Of a stretch of 64,000 nt of DNA, positions 32,563-42,163 are shown one piece after another; within the stretch, counting starts at the first letter, position 1, and each line of letters begins with the position of its first letter. Both the position numbers and the translations under genes were made by a program. The notes under the pieces were generated by a model that had not been told where the DNA came from, ran no database searches, and saw nothing but the letters and a program-made list of their open reading frames with translations. Origin of the DNA: Methylomicrobium lacus LW14 (lineage in GTDB: Bacteria > Pseudomonadota > Gammaproteobacteria > Methylococcales > Methylomonadaceae); contig NZ_AZUN01000001.1 of assembly GCF_000527095.1 (NCBI RefSeq), positions 934,772 through 998,771 of the forward strand. The letters are read 5' to 3'.

Positions 32563-33186
32563 ATGAGAAAAAAATCGACGACTGAATTTCAAACACGGCT
32601 ATGGGAAGCCGTTAATGCGATCGAGCAGGATTCACGGGTGGAAGTGGTGGTGGTCATTCGACCGCGCTCGGAGCATTACCGCGACATTGCGTTGCTCTGG
32701 GGCATTGTCGCCGCGTGGCTCAGTTTTACTTATCTGATGTTTGCGCCCGAACTGTTCGAGGACTGGCTGATTTACGATGCGCCGCTGTTCGCGTTTGTGG
32801 TCGGCTATTTGATCGCGAATATCCCATGCTTGACACGGCTCAGCATACCGCAAGCGCGACTTCGAAGGAATGTTGAAATCATCGCGAGAGCCTTGTTTCA
32901 AAAGGGCGGCATTCAGCACACGCGGGCCAAAACCGGGGTTTTGATCTACTGTTCATGGCTCGAAAAAATGGTTTACATCCTGCCCGACCGAGGCGCCGAA
33001 ATGGCGTTGCCCGCGGAGGAGTGGCAGACCTTACGCGCCGGCTTGCAATCCGTTTTTTCAGGCGGCGAGCCGCGAGAAAGGCTGCTCGAGCAATTGCATC
33101 AAGCTCGCCCGCTTTTCAATCGCTATCTGCCTCCTGTCGCGCGCGACATGAATGAACTGCCGGACAACGTGGAAATCGACTTATGA
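32563..33186 (+). CDS. Hypothetical membrane protein (2 TM)
   Basis: ORF only. Its stop overlaps the next start as ATGA. Confidence 0.4.
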   Translation: MRKKSTTEFQTRLWEAVNAIEQDSRVEVVVVIRPRSEHYRDIALLWGIVAAWLSFTYLMFAPELFEDWLIYDAPLFAFVVGYLIANIPCLTRLSIPQARLRRNVEIIARALFQKGGIQHTRAKTGVLIYCSWLEKMVYILPDRGAEMALPAEEWQTLRAGLQSVFSGGEPRERLLEQLHQARPLFNRYLPPVARDMNELPDNVEIDL

Positions 33187-34697
33187 GGGCGTTCATTCTG
33201 CTTTTGGCATTATCGATCGTCAGTCTATCGTGGTTGAATTCGGCGGAGGCGAGACCCGGCGGCGGGCATTCGAGTTCCGGGCACCACTCGTCTTCATCGC
33301 ACAGTTCATCGTCACATGGTTCGTTTTCGCACGGCTCTTACTCATCGCACGGTTCCTCTTCGCATAGTTCCCGTCCGATGAGCAATGAGGAACTGGTGAT
33401 TTTTCTGATCATCGTGATTGTCTTCATCCTCATTAAAATGATGGAAAAAAGGCGAAATGCGGACTCGTCGCTGGCCTCGATGCCGACGCCGGTCATCCGC
33501 GCCAGACGGCAGGATCAAGTCAAACAGCAGTTGGCGCTGCTCAAACAAAGCGATCCGAATTTTTCAGGCATCTTGTTCCTGGATTTCGTGCATTCGTTGT
33601 ACAGCAAGTTCTACAGCTATTCCACGCATCCCGAATTTCGCTACCTGAGCCCGTTTCTGGGTGCCGATCTGCAACGGCATTTCGATCGGGCCGGACCGTG
33701 GACGATCACCGAGGTCGTGATCAACGGCATCAAGTGGCAGGAGATCAATACCGAAGATCCTAACGGCGAGACGATTTGTCTGGTGATCGATGCGAATTAC
33801 ACCCTGGACCTGCGAGGCAAACGGACCCGTTACGCGGTCACCGAACGTTGGCAGTTCAAACGCAAGAAAGGCCTGCGTTCTCCGGAACCGGAGAAGATGC
33901 AATCGCTCTGTTGTCCGCACTGCGGCGCGCCGGCGCAATTCACCGATGCCGGCTTATGCGAATACTGCGCCCGGGTGATTCATCAAGGCGACAGGCAGTG
34001 GTATTTGGCCCGGCGCGCGGTGCTGGAGACCACAGCGCTTGCCGCCGCCGATGCCGTCTCTTACGCGGAAGAGCAGGGCACCCATCTGGAGACAATCAAA
34101 CAGGCCGACTTGCCCGAGCAAATGCTGCGCTTTCAGCAACAGCATGGCCTATCGGACTGGGAGGATTTTTGGCGGCCGTTTGTGGACGATGTCGTGAGGG
34201 CTTATTTCATCTCCATTTACAGTGCCTGGAGTCATCGCGATTGGCAGGGGGCGCGGCATTTGTTGTCGGACAGGCTTTTTGAAGCCAATTTATTCTGGCA
34301 GCAATTGTATGCCGAACAAAATTGGTTCAACCGCCTGGACGATTTAAATATCGGGCTGGCCGAAGTGGTAAAAATCGAGCTCGACCCGTTTTACGAGGCA
34401 ATCACGGTACGGATATTTGCATCCTGCTACGACTACACCGAGGACGCCGGCGGAAAATTGATCGGCGGTTCCAAACGTTCTCTGCGCCGTTACAGCGAAT
34501 ACTGGACCTTCGTGCGCCGCATCGGCGCCGAAAAAAGCAGCGCGCCTTATAGCATCAACCAATGTCCGCAATGCGGCGCGCCCGCCGATAATATCGGTCA
34601 AACCGCGGTCTGCGGCTATTGCGGCGCCAAAATCAGCACCGGCGAGTTTTCTTGGGTGTTATTTTTGATGATGCAGGATGAGGCTTATGAGGGATAA
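33183..34697 (+). CDS. Tim44-like domain protein with His/Ser-rich low-complexity N-terminus and two zinc-ribbon motifs
   Basis: A signal peptide, a ~40-aa H/S-rich tract (GGGHSSSGHHSSSSHSSSSHGSFSHGSYSSHGSSSHSS), a transmembrane helix, and two repeated modules each carrying a CPxCGAP...CxYC ribbon. Confidence 0.5.
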   Translation: MRAFILLLALSIVSLSWLNSAEARPGGGHSSSGHHSSSSHSSSSHGSFSHGSYSSHGSSSHSSRPMSNEELVIFLIIVIVFILIKMMEKRRNADSSLASMPTPVIRARRQDQVKQQLALLKQSDPNFSGILFLDFVHSLYSKFYSYSTHPEFRYLSPFLGADLQRHFDRAGPWTITEVVINGIKWQEINTEDPNGETICLVIDANYTLDLRGKRTRYAVTERWQFKRKKGLRSPEPEKMQSLCCPHCGAPAQFTDAGLCEYCARVIHQGDRQWYLARRAVLETTALAAADAVSYAEEQGTHLETIKQADLPEQMLRFQQQHGLSDWEDFWRPFVDDVVRAYFISIYSAWSHRDWQGARHLLSDRLFEANLFWQQLYAEQNWFNRLDDLNIGLAEVVKIELDPFYEAITVRIFASCYDYTEDAGGKLIGGSKRSLRRYSEYWTFVRRIGAEKSSAPYSINQCPQCGAPADNIGQTAVCGYCGAKISTGEFSWVLFLMMQDEAYEG

Positions 34698-35183
34698 GCC
34701 GGCGAGGCTTTCTCTGCCCCGAGCAGCCGCTTAGCGCATCCGTTTCCCATAGGCGCGCGTTGGGTTTTAGCGAGTCCTATTATGTTTGCAACCGCACTGA
34801 AGAATGCTATGGCTTAGGCTTATGTGACTTCGATACCGCCATTCGGTATGCCTACTGCCCAGTTCAATCGCTATTCAATGTTAAGATATAAATAACTGAT
34901 TATTATCGGTGTTTTTGATAAGGCATAATGGCTTTTCTTCAGGTTTTTGACTAGATCTTATTGTAGATAGGCAGGAGGCGCTCTCACCCTAACAAATTTT
35001 ATTTGGAGTTTTTGAGTTCTAGATTCGCAGTCTTATGGTAATATTAAGAAAAATATTTCTGTAGATGGCCGCAGTTCTCCAGGCCGATGCAGAATCCGCC
35101 GACAGGATCAAGACCGCGAAGAAAAAATGAGATCGTGCGATGGATTTTTTTCAGCGCCCTGAAAGTTGAATTCGGGAGTGATC

Positions 35184-37802
35184 ATGCAGACAGAATTCAA
35201 AATAGAACAGAATGCCTTATTTTTAAGCGCACTTTCGCCGCCTTTATTGAGATACGGCGCGTCGGTGTTATTGGTCGTGATTGCCGCTTTTGCGACAAAA
35301 TATATTCAAGTAATCGGCGAGGAAGGCAGGGGCTTTTTGTTTTTGCTCGCTGTTTTTTACGCGACGTTGCTATTCGGCCGCGCTCCAGGTTATTGCGCTG
35401 CGATCGTATCGCTGCTTGCCCTCAATGCTCCAATGTTATTTCCGGGCGAGGATTACAGGCTTCATGACGTCTTTCTATTAAACGTCGGATTAGTTGCAGC
35501 GTCGGGTATCCTCATTTATGCCACGGCCTCTCATCGCAAGCTTACTCTGGCGCTGTGGGAAAGCCGAAAGGACTTGAATCACGCCCAGGCTATCGGACAA
35601 ATCGGCAGTTGGGTTCTAAATGTGCAAAAAAACGAATTGCACTGGTCAGAACAGAATTTTCTGATATTCGGTATTCCCAAAGGAACGCCGCTGACCTACC
35701 AGACTTTTCTTTCCTGCGTCCATCCTGAAGACAGGGAATACGTTGACCGGATGTGGCGGGCAGGTCTGCGTGGAGAGCCTTACGATATCGAACACAGGGT
35801 GATCGTGGAGGAAAAGATCAAATGGCTGCGCGCCAGGGCCGAGCTGCAAGTCGACGGCAATGGAAAGCCGTTGAGCTGGTTCGGAACCGCGCAGGATATT
35901 ACCGAGCGCAAGCAGGCTGAAACCGCGCTGGCGGCCAGCGAGGAAAGGCTTTTGCTGATTCTGCGCAGCGCCGAGCTGGGCTCCTGGCATTGGAACGTGC
36001 AAACAGGGGCGGCCGATTTCAATGATCTATGGGCTTCGATGCTGGGCTGCCGGCCCGAGCAAATCGAACCGCATATCAGTGCTTGGGAAAAACGCGTCCA
36101 CCCTGACGATTTGCCGCAAGTTAAGGCGGCTCTTGCCAATCATCTGAGGGGGCAGACCCCGCTTTATCGGAGCGAACATCGCCTACAGAAGAAAAATGGA
36201 GAATGGATCTGGGTATTGAATTGCGGCCAGGTTTATCAACGCGACAGCCAAGGCGAACCGCTGATGGCGGCGGGAGTGAATATCGATATCTCCAACTGTA
36301 AAAAAACCGAGGCGGAACGGCAAAAATTCGTCATGCTGGCCAACAACAGCAAGGAGTTTATCGGCATGTGCGATATGAATTTAATGCCCTTTTATATGAA
36401 TCCTGCCGGCATGCAAATGGTTGGGCTCGACAGCCTTGAGCAAGCCTTGCAAATCCCCGCTCAGCAATTCTTTTTTCCGGAAGACCAAGATTACATTTCG
36501 GAACATTTTTTGCCCAGGGTGATCCGCGAGGGCAGTGCCGAAATGGAAATCCGTCTGCGCCATTTCAAAAGCGGGGCCGCCTTATGGGTGATCCACAATG
36601 TGTTCCATATTAAAGATACCCAAGGCGCGCCGATAGGACTTGCCACCGTGAGCCGCGACATCACGGCGCGAAAAGTAGCTGAAAATGCGCATCGCAAAAT
36701 CTCTCAGCACCTTAAGCTAGCCGTTGAAGCCGCCGCCGCCGCGCTTTGGGATCACGATCTGAGCACTGGCACTGTGTATTTCTCGCTTGAATGGAAACGG
36801 CAAATCGGCTACTTGCCTGACGAGTTGTCGAATCACTGGGAGGAATGGGAGACGCGTTTGCATCCCGACGATAGGGAACGCGTCCTGACCATGACCCGTG
36901 ACTGTTTTGAAGAACGGCTGCCGACTTATGAGCTGGAATATCGCCTGCGGCACAAGAACGGATCGTATCGCTGGATCCATACGCGGGGAGCGTTGTTATA
37001 TGACGCCAAAGGCCAGCCTTGCCGGTTACTGGGGTTGAATCTGGATATCACCTGCTATAAAAAAGCCGTGGAACTTAACGAACGGCGCAACAAAATGGAT
37101 GAAGCAACCCGGCATCAAATCGCCATTCAGACGGCCGCCGCGTTCGTTCACGAAGTTAATCAGCCGCTTATGGCTGTTGCATCCTATACCGACATTGCGC
37201 TGCATTTGGTGGAGGAGGTTGGCAACCCGAGTCCTGAGAAACTCGCCCATGTGCTGAATAAAAGTTCTGAGCAAGTAGAGCGTGCCGGCCAGATCATACG
37301 GCAGTTAATGAATATGCTGCAAAAGGATGAAATAACCAGCGAGCCAGTGGTTCTCGATGACGTGGTTCATGAAGCCTGCGACCTCATCAGGGCCGAATCT
37401 AATCTGGGCGATTTCAACATCGAGCTGTGTCTCGCTCCCCAGCTGCCTCCGGTCCAGGCCAACACGCTGCAAGTCGAAAAAGTGTTCGTTAACTTATTGC
37501 GCAATGGCCTGGACGCCATGCAAGGCGCCGGCATGACTTCCGGTACGCTGACGATAACGACCGGTGTTGCCGATGACAATAAGACCATGGCGCGAGTCAC
37601 GGTACATGACAGCGGCAAAGGCGTCGATCCGGATAAACTGAGTGTTATTTTTCAACCTTTTGTTTCAACCAAATCCAAAGGATTGGGGATGGGGCTCGCG
37701 ATTAGCCGAGCCTTGATCGAGGCGCATGGAGGAAAGCTATGGGCGGAACAAAGCAACGATTCCGGTTTGTTTTTTCACATTAACTTACCTTTTGAGCCAT
37801 GA
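35184..37802 (+). CDS. Sensor histidine kinase with N-terminal TM domain and four PAS domains (FixL-like)
   Basis: A GGGAG ribosome-binding site 5 nt before ATG 35184. Repeated PAS modules, the H-box HEVNQPLMAV, and a HATPase domain (GLGMGLAISRALIEAHGGKLW). Confidence 0.85.
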   Translation: MQTEFKIEQNALFLSALSPPLLRYGASVLLVVIAAFATKYIQVIGEEGRGFLFLLAVFYATLLFGRAPGYCAAIVSLLALNAPMLFPGEDYRLHDVFLLNVGLVAASGILIYATASHRKLTLALWESRKDLNHAQAIGQIGSWVLNVQKNELHWSEQNFLIFGIPKGTPLTYQTFLSCVHPEDREYVDRMWRAGLRGEPYDIEHRVIVEEKIKWLRARAELQVDGNGKPLSWFGTAQDITERKQAETALAASEERLLLILRSAELGSWHWNVQTGAADFNDLWASMLGCRPEQIEPHISAWEKRVHPDDLPQVKAALANHLRGQTPLYRSEHRLQKKNGEWIWVLNCGQVYQRDSQGEPLMAAGVNIDISNCKKTEAERQKFVMLANNSKEFIGMCDMNLMPFYMNPAGMQMVGLDSLEQALQIPAQQFFFPEDQDYISEHFLPRVIREGSAEMEIRLRHFKSGAALWVIHNVFHIKDTQGAPIGLATVSRDITARKVAENAHRKISQHLKLAVEAAAAALWDHDLSTGTVYFSLEWKRQIGYLPDELSNHWEEWETRLHPDDRERVLTMTRDCFEERLPTYELEYRLRHKNGSYRWIHTRGALLYDAKGQPCRLLGLNLDITCYKKAVELNERRNKMDEATRHQIAIQTAAAFVHEVNQPLMAVASYTDIALHLVEEVGNPSPEKLAHVLNKSSEQVERAGQIIRQLMNMLQKDEITSEPVVLDDVVHEACDLIRAESNLGDFNIELCLAPQLPPVQANTLQVEKVFVNLLRNGLDAMQGAGMTSGTLTITTGVADDNKTMARVTVHDSGKGVDPDKLSVIFQPFVSTKSKGLGMGLAISRALIEAHGGKLWAEQSNDSGLFFHINLPFEP

Positions 37803-38491
37803 ACAATCAACCCAACGTTTTATTGATCGACGACGATCCGTCGGTACGGGAAAGCTTAACTTTACTGATGGAGACTATCGGCTTTCCTATTCAAACTTAT
37901 GAGAGTGCCGAAGCTTTCCTAAAGCAGTATTCCCCTGGAAAACCGGGGTGTTTGATCCTTGATGTCAACATGCCGGGAATGAACGGGCCGGAGCTACAAG
38001 TCGAACTCGCCCGGCGAAAAATACAGTTGCCAATCATATTTCTGACGGGATATGGCGATATTCCGATGACGGTTCAGACGATCAAAGCCGGAGCGGTCGA
38101 TTTTATGATCAAGCCGATCAAAGGTAGACTACTGATCGAGCGCATTAGATCTATCTTTCAGCAAGATTCGCTCAAGCGCGCCGAGGTAAATCCAAATTCT
38201 CCACTTTGTGTTCGAATTTACGATTTGACTCCACGGGAGAGGGAAGTGATGTCAATGGTTGTGGCAGGTTTTACCAATAAGGAAATAGCCCGACAATTGA
38301 GTATCAGCCACCGTACCGTCGAAATTCACCGCGCGCGGGTAATGGAAAAGACCGGCGCCGGCAATCTGCTTGAGCTTGCACAGCTCTGCGAGCAGAGCAA
38401 GTTGCCTTCCGATAGGGCGATTCCCGTGGTAGGCGGCCAGAAAATCCAGACCGGAAACATAAATCTCGACGTTAAAGCCATCCAACGATAA
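37799..38491 (+). CDS. Response regulator, FixJ/NarL family
   Basis: A REC domain plus a LuxR HTH (LTPREREVMSMVVAGFTNKEIARQLSIS). ATGA overlap with the kinase stop. Confidence 0.85.
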   Translation: MNNQPNVLLIDDDPSVRESLTLLMETIGFPIQTYESAEAFLKQYSPGKPGCLILDVNMPGMNGPELQVELARRKIQLPIIFLTGYGDIPMTVQTIKAGAVDFMIKPIKGRLLIERIRSIFQQDSLKRAEVNPNSPLCVRIYDLTPREREVMSMVVAGFTNKEIARQLSISHRTVEIHRARVMEKTGAGNLLELAQLCEQSKLPSDRAIPVVGGQKIQTGNINLDVKAIQR

Positions 38492-38708
38492 CGAAGTACT
38501 GAGGGCGTCAAGCACGGCCTCGTCATCGTCAACCAAAAATATGGAGGCTTGGTTGGTCGTTGCCTTTCATCTAACCGTCGGCAGTAACCGAAAAAATGAT
38601 GATACCGGCATTGCTTCGCCAGCGCCACTGGAAACGAATCAACGAGCCATAAATTTTCTTAATGCTTCGGATTTTGTCAATAATACCAAAAAGATAGAGC
38701 GTAACCCG

Positions 38709-41402
38709 CTACACGGGGGGGACGTCACTCCCAACACCAAAACCGGCGATATCATATCCGTGACAACGCATGACCAGATTGGCCAGCAGTCCGGTCCAGC
38801 CGGTTTGATGCGCGGCGCCGAGCCCCTGGCCGTTGTCGCCGTGAAAATATTCAAAGAACAACAGATGTTCGCGCCAGTCGGGATCGGACTGCCAGGGGCT
38901 ATCGGCCGCAAAGGCCGGCAGGCGGCCGTCGGCATCGGGGCGGTAAAGATTGGCCATCCGGCGGGACAAGCAGCCGACGATTTCGCTCAGGGTCAACGCC
39001 TTGTCGCCGAGTCCTGGCGCAGAAACGGTATAAGCGTCGCCGAGAAAACGGTGGAATTTTTCCAGCGCCAGGATCAGCGTGTAATTGGTCGGCAGCCAGA
39101 TCGGGCCGCGCCAGTTCGAATTGCCGCCGAATAAGCCGGAATTCGACTCGCCCGGCACGTACTCGATCATGGCCTGACCGATGCCCGGCAAAACGCCCAA
39201 ATCGCGGTGCTCGGCATGGACGCGGCTGACGCTCCTGATTCCGTAAGGCGAGAGAAACTCCTGTTCGTCGAACAGGCGGCGAATGATCGCCGGCAGCATG
39301 GTGTGATCGACCAGCGACAAAAGGTGTTCGCCGCGGCCGTTTTTACGCGCGGGGCATGCGCAAATGGCATTTCCGTGGAACACGCCGCCGCTATGCTGGT
39401 TGAGCAAGGCGCGGAATCGAGGGACGTTCTTCAACAAGCGATTGTCGATGATTTCGCAGGCGAATAGAGGAATCAGTCCGACCCAGGAATAGACGTTCAC
39501 GCGATGGTGCTTGCCGTTGGGCTCCACCAGCAAATCCTTGAAAAAACCGTCCTCCGGATCCCAAAGCGAAACCCCGGTTCCGGCATGGCCGGCGAGGGTG
39601 TTGGCGATATTCAGAAACTGCGTATAAATCTGTATGGCCGCATTTTCATAATCGGGATCTTCGGTCGCCAACTCCAGCGCCATCACGGTCATGTTCAGCG
39701 CAAACATGGCCATCCAGCCCGTCGCATCCGACTGTTTCAGTTTATAGCCTTCCGGTAAGCGCCCGGAGCGGTCGAACACCGAAATGTTGTCGAGCCCCAA
39801 AAAACCGCCTTCGAATACGTTCAGGCCGTCGCGATCCTTGCTGGTGATCCACCAGGCATAATTCATCAACAGTTTGTGAAAAACGCGCTGCAGAAAATTG
39901 CGGTCGCCATGGCCGCGCTGTTGCCGTTCCATCCTGAAAACCTGCAACGCGCCCAAGGCATGCACGGGCGGATTCACGTCGCTGAAGGACCATTCGCAAG
40001 CCGGAATCTGGCCGCTCGGATGAAAATAGGTTTCTTTCAGCAAGACTTCGATTTGATGCTTGGCAAAATCGGAGTCGATCGAGCAAAACGCGATGCAGTG
40101 AAAGGCCAGATCCCAGGCCGCAAACCAGGGATATTCCCACGCATCCGGCATCGAGATCACCTCGGCGGCCCGAAGATGTTTCCAGCGCGCGTTCCGTCCG
40201 GCCTTGCGGATTTCCGGAGGCGGCAATTGATCGCCTTGCAGCCAGCGCAGCACGTCATAATGAAAAAACTGTTTGGACCAGATCATGCCGGCCATGGCCT
40301 GACGAAAAATTCGAAGATCGCCGGCGTCGGCATTCGGCAGCAGATCGGCATAAAATCGATCGGCTTCCAGTCGGCGTTGTGCAAGAACGGTATCGAAATC
40401 GGCGAAAGGATCGGCCTCGTCCTGTGCGGTCAGCACCATTTCGATGATCTGCTCGCCGCCGCCCGGAACGGTCAGCACATACCATGCGGCGCATTTGGTG
40501 CCCGTTTGTTTGGGATTGACCGCGGCGATGTCCTGATCTATCACCCAGCGGTGAAAGCCGTCCTTGACGTGGGGCAGGGCATTCGGAACCCCCCAAAGGA
40601 GGGCGCTGTTGCTTTCATTTTCAGTAAATAACAGTTCCGCGCCTTGCCTGCCATGGAGACGGTAGTGATCAAGCTCCGGATGAGAGGTTTGGATAGCCCA
40701 TCCGCATCGGCTCCCGTTTTCTCTTTTCAGCACGGGTTTATCGCTATGCTCGCCGCTCCAGTTCCAGGTATTGCGAAACCATAGCGTCGGCAAAATATGA
40801 ACAGTGGTCTGATCGGGCCCCCGGTTGCAAACCGATATGCGGATATGGATTTTATTCGTGGAGGCTTTGGCATACTCGATGCCAATATCACAGTAACGCT
40901 TGTCGGCGAAGACGCCGGTATCCAACAGATTGTAAGGCGGCTGATCGCGTCCGCGCTTTGCGTTTTCCTCCACCAGGCGGATATAGGGGAAAGCGGCTTG
41001 CGGATATTTGTAGAGATATTTCAGGTAGCTGTGACTCGGAGTCGCATCGTCATAAAAGTAATATTCCTTGACGTCTTCGCCATGGTTACCCTCGTTGCCG
41101 GTCAGGCCGAAAAGGCGTTCTTTTAGAATCGGGTCCTTGCCGTTCCATAAGGCCAAGGCAAAACACAGGCGTTGTTTTTCATCCGAAATGCCGCCCAGGC
41201 CGTCTTCGTTCCAGCGGTAAACGCGGGAGCGCGCCTGCTCATGCGAAAAATGTTCCCAGGCGCGTCCGTCCGGGCTGTAGTCTTCGCGCACCGTGCCCCA
41301 GGCCCGTTCGGATAGATAAGGCCCCCACAAGCGCCAGTTTTCTTTGTGTTGGCGTTGATTCTCAAGCCGTTGTTGTTCGGCATTGGTTTTATCGTCAATC
41401 AT
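38709..41402 (-). CDS. GH63-like glycoside hydrolase (mannosyl-oligosaccharide glucosidase/MGH1-like, (alpha/alpha)6 barrel)
   Basis: A ~897-aa ORF whose architecture and conserved acidic residues resemble GH63/YgjK-like enzymes. Start chosen at MIDDKTN (41402). Confidence 0.55.
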   Translation of the reverse strand: MIDDKTNAEQQRLENQRQHKENWRLWGPYLSERAWGTVREDYSPDGRAWEHFSHEQARSRVYRWNEDGLGGISDEKQRLCFALALWNGKDPILKERLFGLTGNEGNHGEDVKEYYFYDDATPSHSYLKYLYKYPQAAFPYIRLVEENAKRGRDQPPYNLLDTGVFADKRYCDIGIEYAKASTNKIHIRISVCNRGPDQTTVHILPTLWFRNTWNWSGEHSDKPVLKRENGSRCGWAIQTSHPELDHYRLHGRQGAELLFTENESNSALLWGVPNALPHVKDGFHRWVIDQDIAAVNPKQTGTKCAAWYVLTVPGGGEQIIEMVLTAQDEADPFADFDTVLAQRRLEADRFYADLLPNADAGDLRIFRQAMAGMIWSKQFFHYDVLRWLQGDQLPPPEIRKAGRNARWKHLRAAEVISMPDAWEYPWFAAWDLAFHCIAFCSIDSDFAKHQIEVLLKETYFHPSGQIPACEWSFSDVNPPVHALGALQVFRMERQQRGHGDRNFLQRVFHKLLMNYAWWITSKDRDGLNVFEGGFLGLDNISVFDRSGRLPEGYKLKQSDATGWMAMFALNMTVMALELATEDPDYENAAIQIYTQFLNIANTLAGHAGTGVSLWDPEDGFFKDLLVEPNGKHHRVNVYSWVGLIPLFACEIIDNRLLKNVPRFRALLNQHSGGVFHGNAICACPARKNGRGEHLLSLVDHTMLPAIIRRLFDEQEFLSPYGIRSVSRVHAEHRDLGVLPGIGQAMIEYVPGESNSGLFGGNSNWRGPIWLPTNYTLILALEKFHRFLGDAYTVSAPGLGDKALTLSEIVGCLSRRMANLYRPDADGRLPAFAADSPWQSDPDWREHLLFFEYFHGDNGQGLGAAHQTGWTGLLANLVMRCHGYDIAGFGVGSDVPPV

Positions 41403-41618
41403 GCTAACTCTCCTTTTATCTATTATCAAATAATAGAGTCTTATTAAACACATGAGCACCATGCCCATATTCCTCGAATACGCCACCAGGATTATCCCAT
41501 GACAAATTTTCAACGCCATGGTTCATGACGCCATCATCATGGGTCCGGCAATATCCGTAACCGGAGCGTGAAACGTGATCGAAGATGAGGGATATTATTT
41601 TGTTCTTGCATGACAGGA

Positions 41619-41654
41619 TGCCCACTTGAAAAGCTAACGGATTAACCCTATTGT
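41619..41654 (+). promoter_or_regulatory. Sigma-32 (RpoH)-type heat-shock promoter upstream of hsp20
   Basis: CCCACTTGAAA at 41621-41631 (-35, consensus CTTGAA), a 14-nt spacer, and CCCTATTGT at 41646-41654 (-10, consensus CCCCATNT). It lies ~75 nt upstream of the hsp20 ATG. Confidence 0.45.
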
Positions 41655-41728
41655 AAGGGCATGAAACCGGACATCCGGTTTATCATCGACAAGATCAATT
41701 TGATTAATTAATTAACGAGGAGAATACG

Positions 41729-42163
41729 ATGGCCTACCATTACCAACCCTGGAGTTTGTTAAATCAATTGCAACGTGAGCTTGAGCGCGCGCATGAGGGC
41801 GGCGCAGGCGAGGGTTCTATCGCGACCGCCGAATGGACGCCTGCGGTCGACATCAAAGAAGACAATGAAAAATTCGTGCTCTATGCAGATATTCCGGGCG
41901 TCAAACCGGAAGACATCGACATTAGCATGGAAAACGGCGTGTTGACGATCAAGGGCGAAAAAAAGAACGAAACCCAGTCCGAACAGGAAGGTTATAAGCG
42001 CGTCGAGCGGATCTACGGCTCGTTCTACCGCCGTTTCAGCCTACCCGATACCGCCAATGCCGAAGCGATCAGTGCTAAATCGAAAAACGGCGTATTGGAG
42101 ATTGTGATTCCGAAGCGTGAAGCAGTCAAGCCAAAGAAAATCAGTGTTGAAGCTATTGAGTGA
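41729..42163 (+). CDS. Small heat-shock protein (Hsp20/IbpA family)
   Basis: An alpha-crystallin domain (AVDIKEDNEKFVLYADIPGVKPEDIDISMENGVLTIKGEK...GVLEIVIPK). Confidence 0.9.
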   Translation: MAYHYQPWSLLNQLQRELERAHEGGAGEGSIATAEWTPAVDIKEDNEKFVLYADIPGVKPEDIDISMENGVLTIKGEKKNETQSEQEGYKRVERIYGSFYRRFSLPDTANAEAISAKSKNGVLEIVIPKREAVKPKKISVEAIE

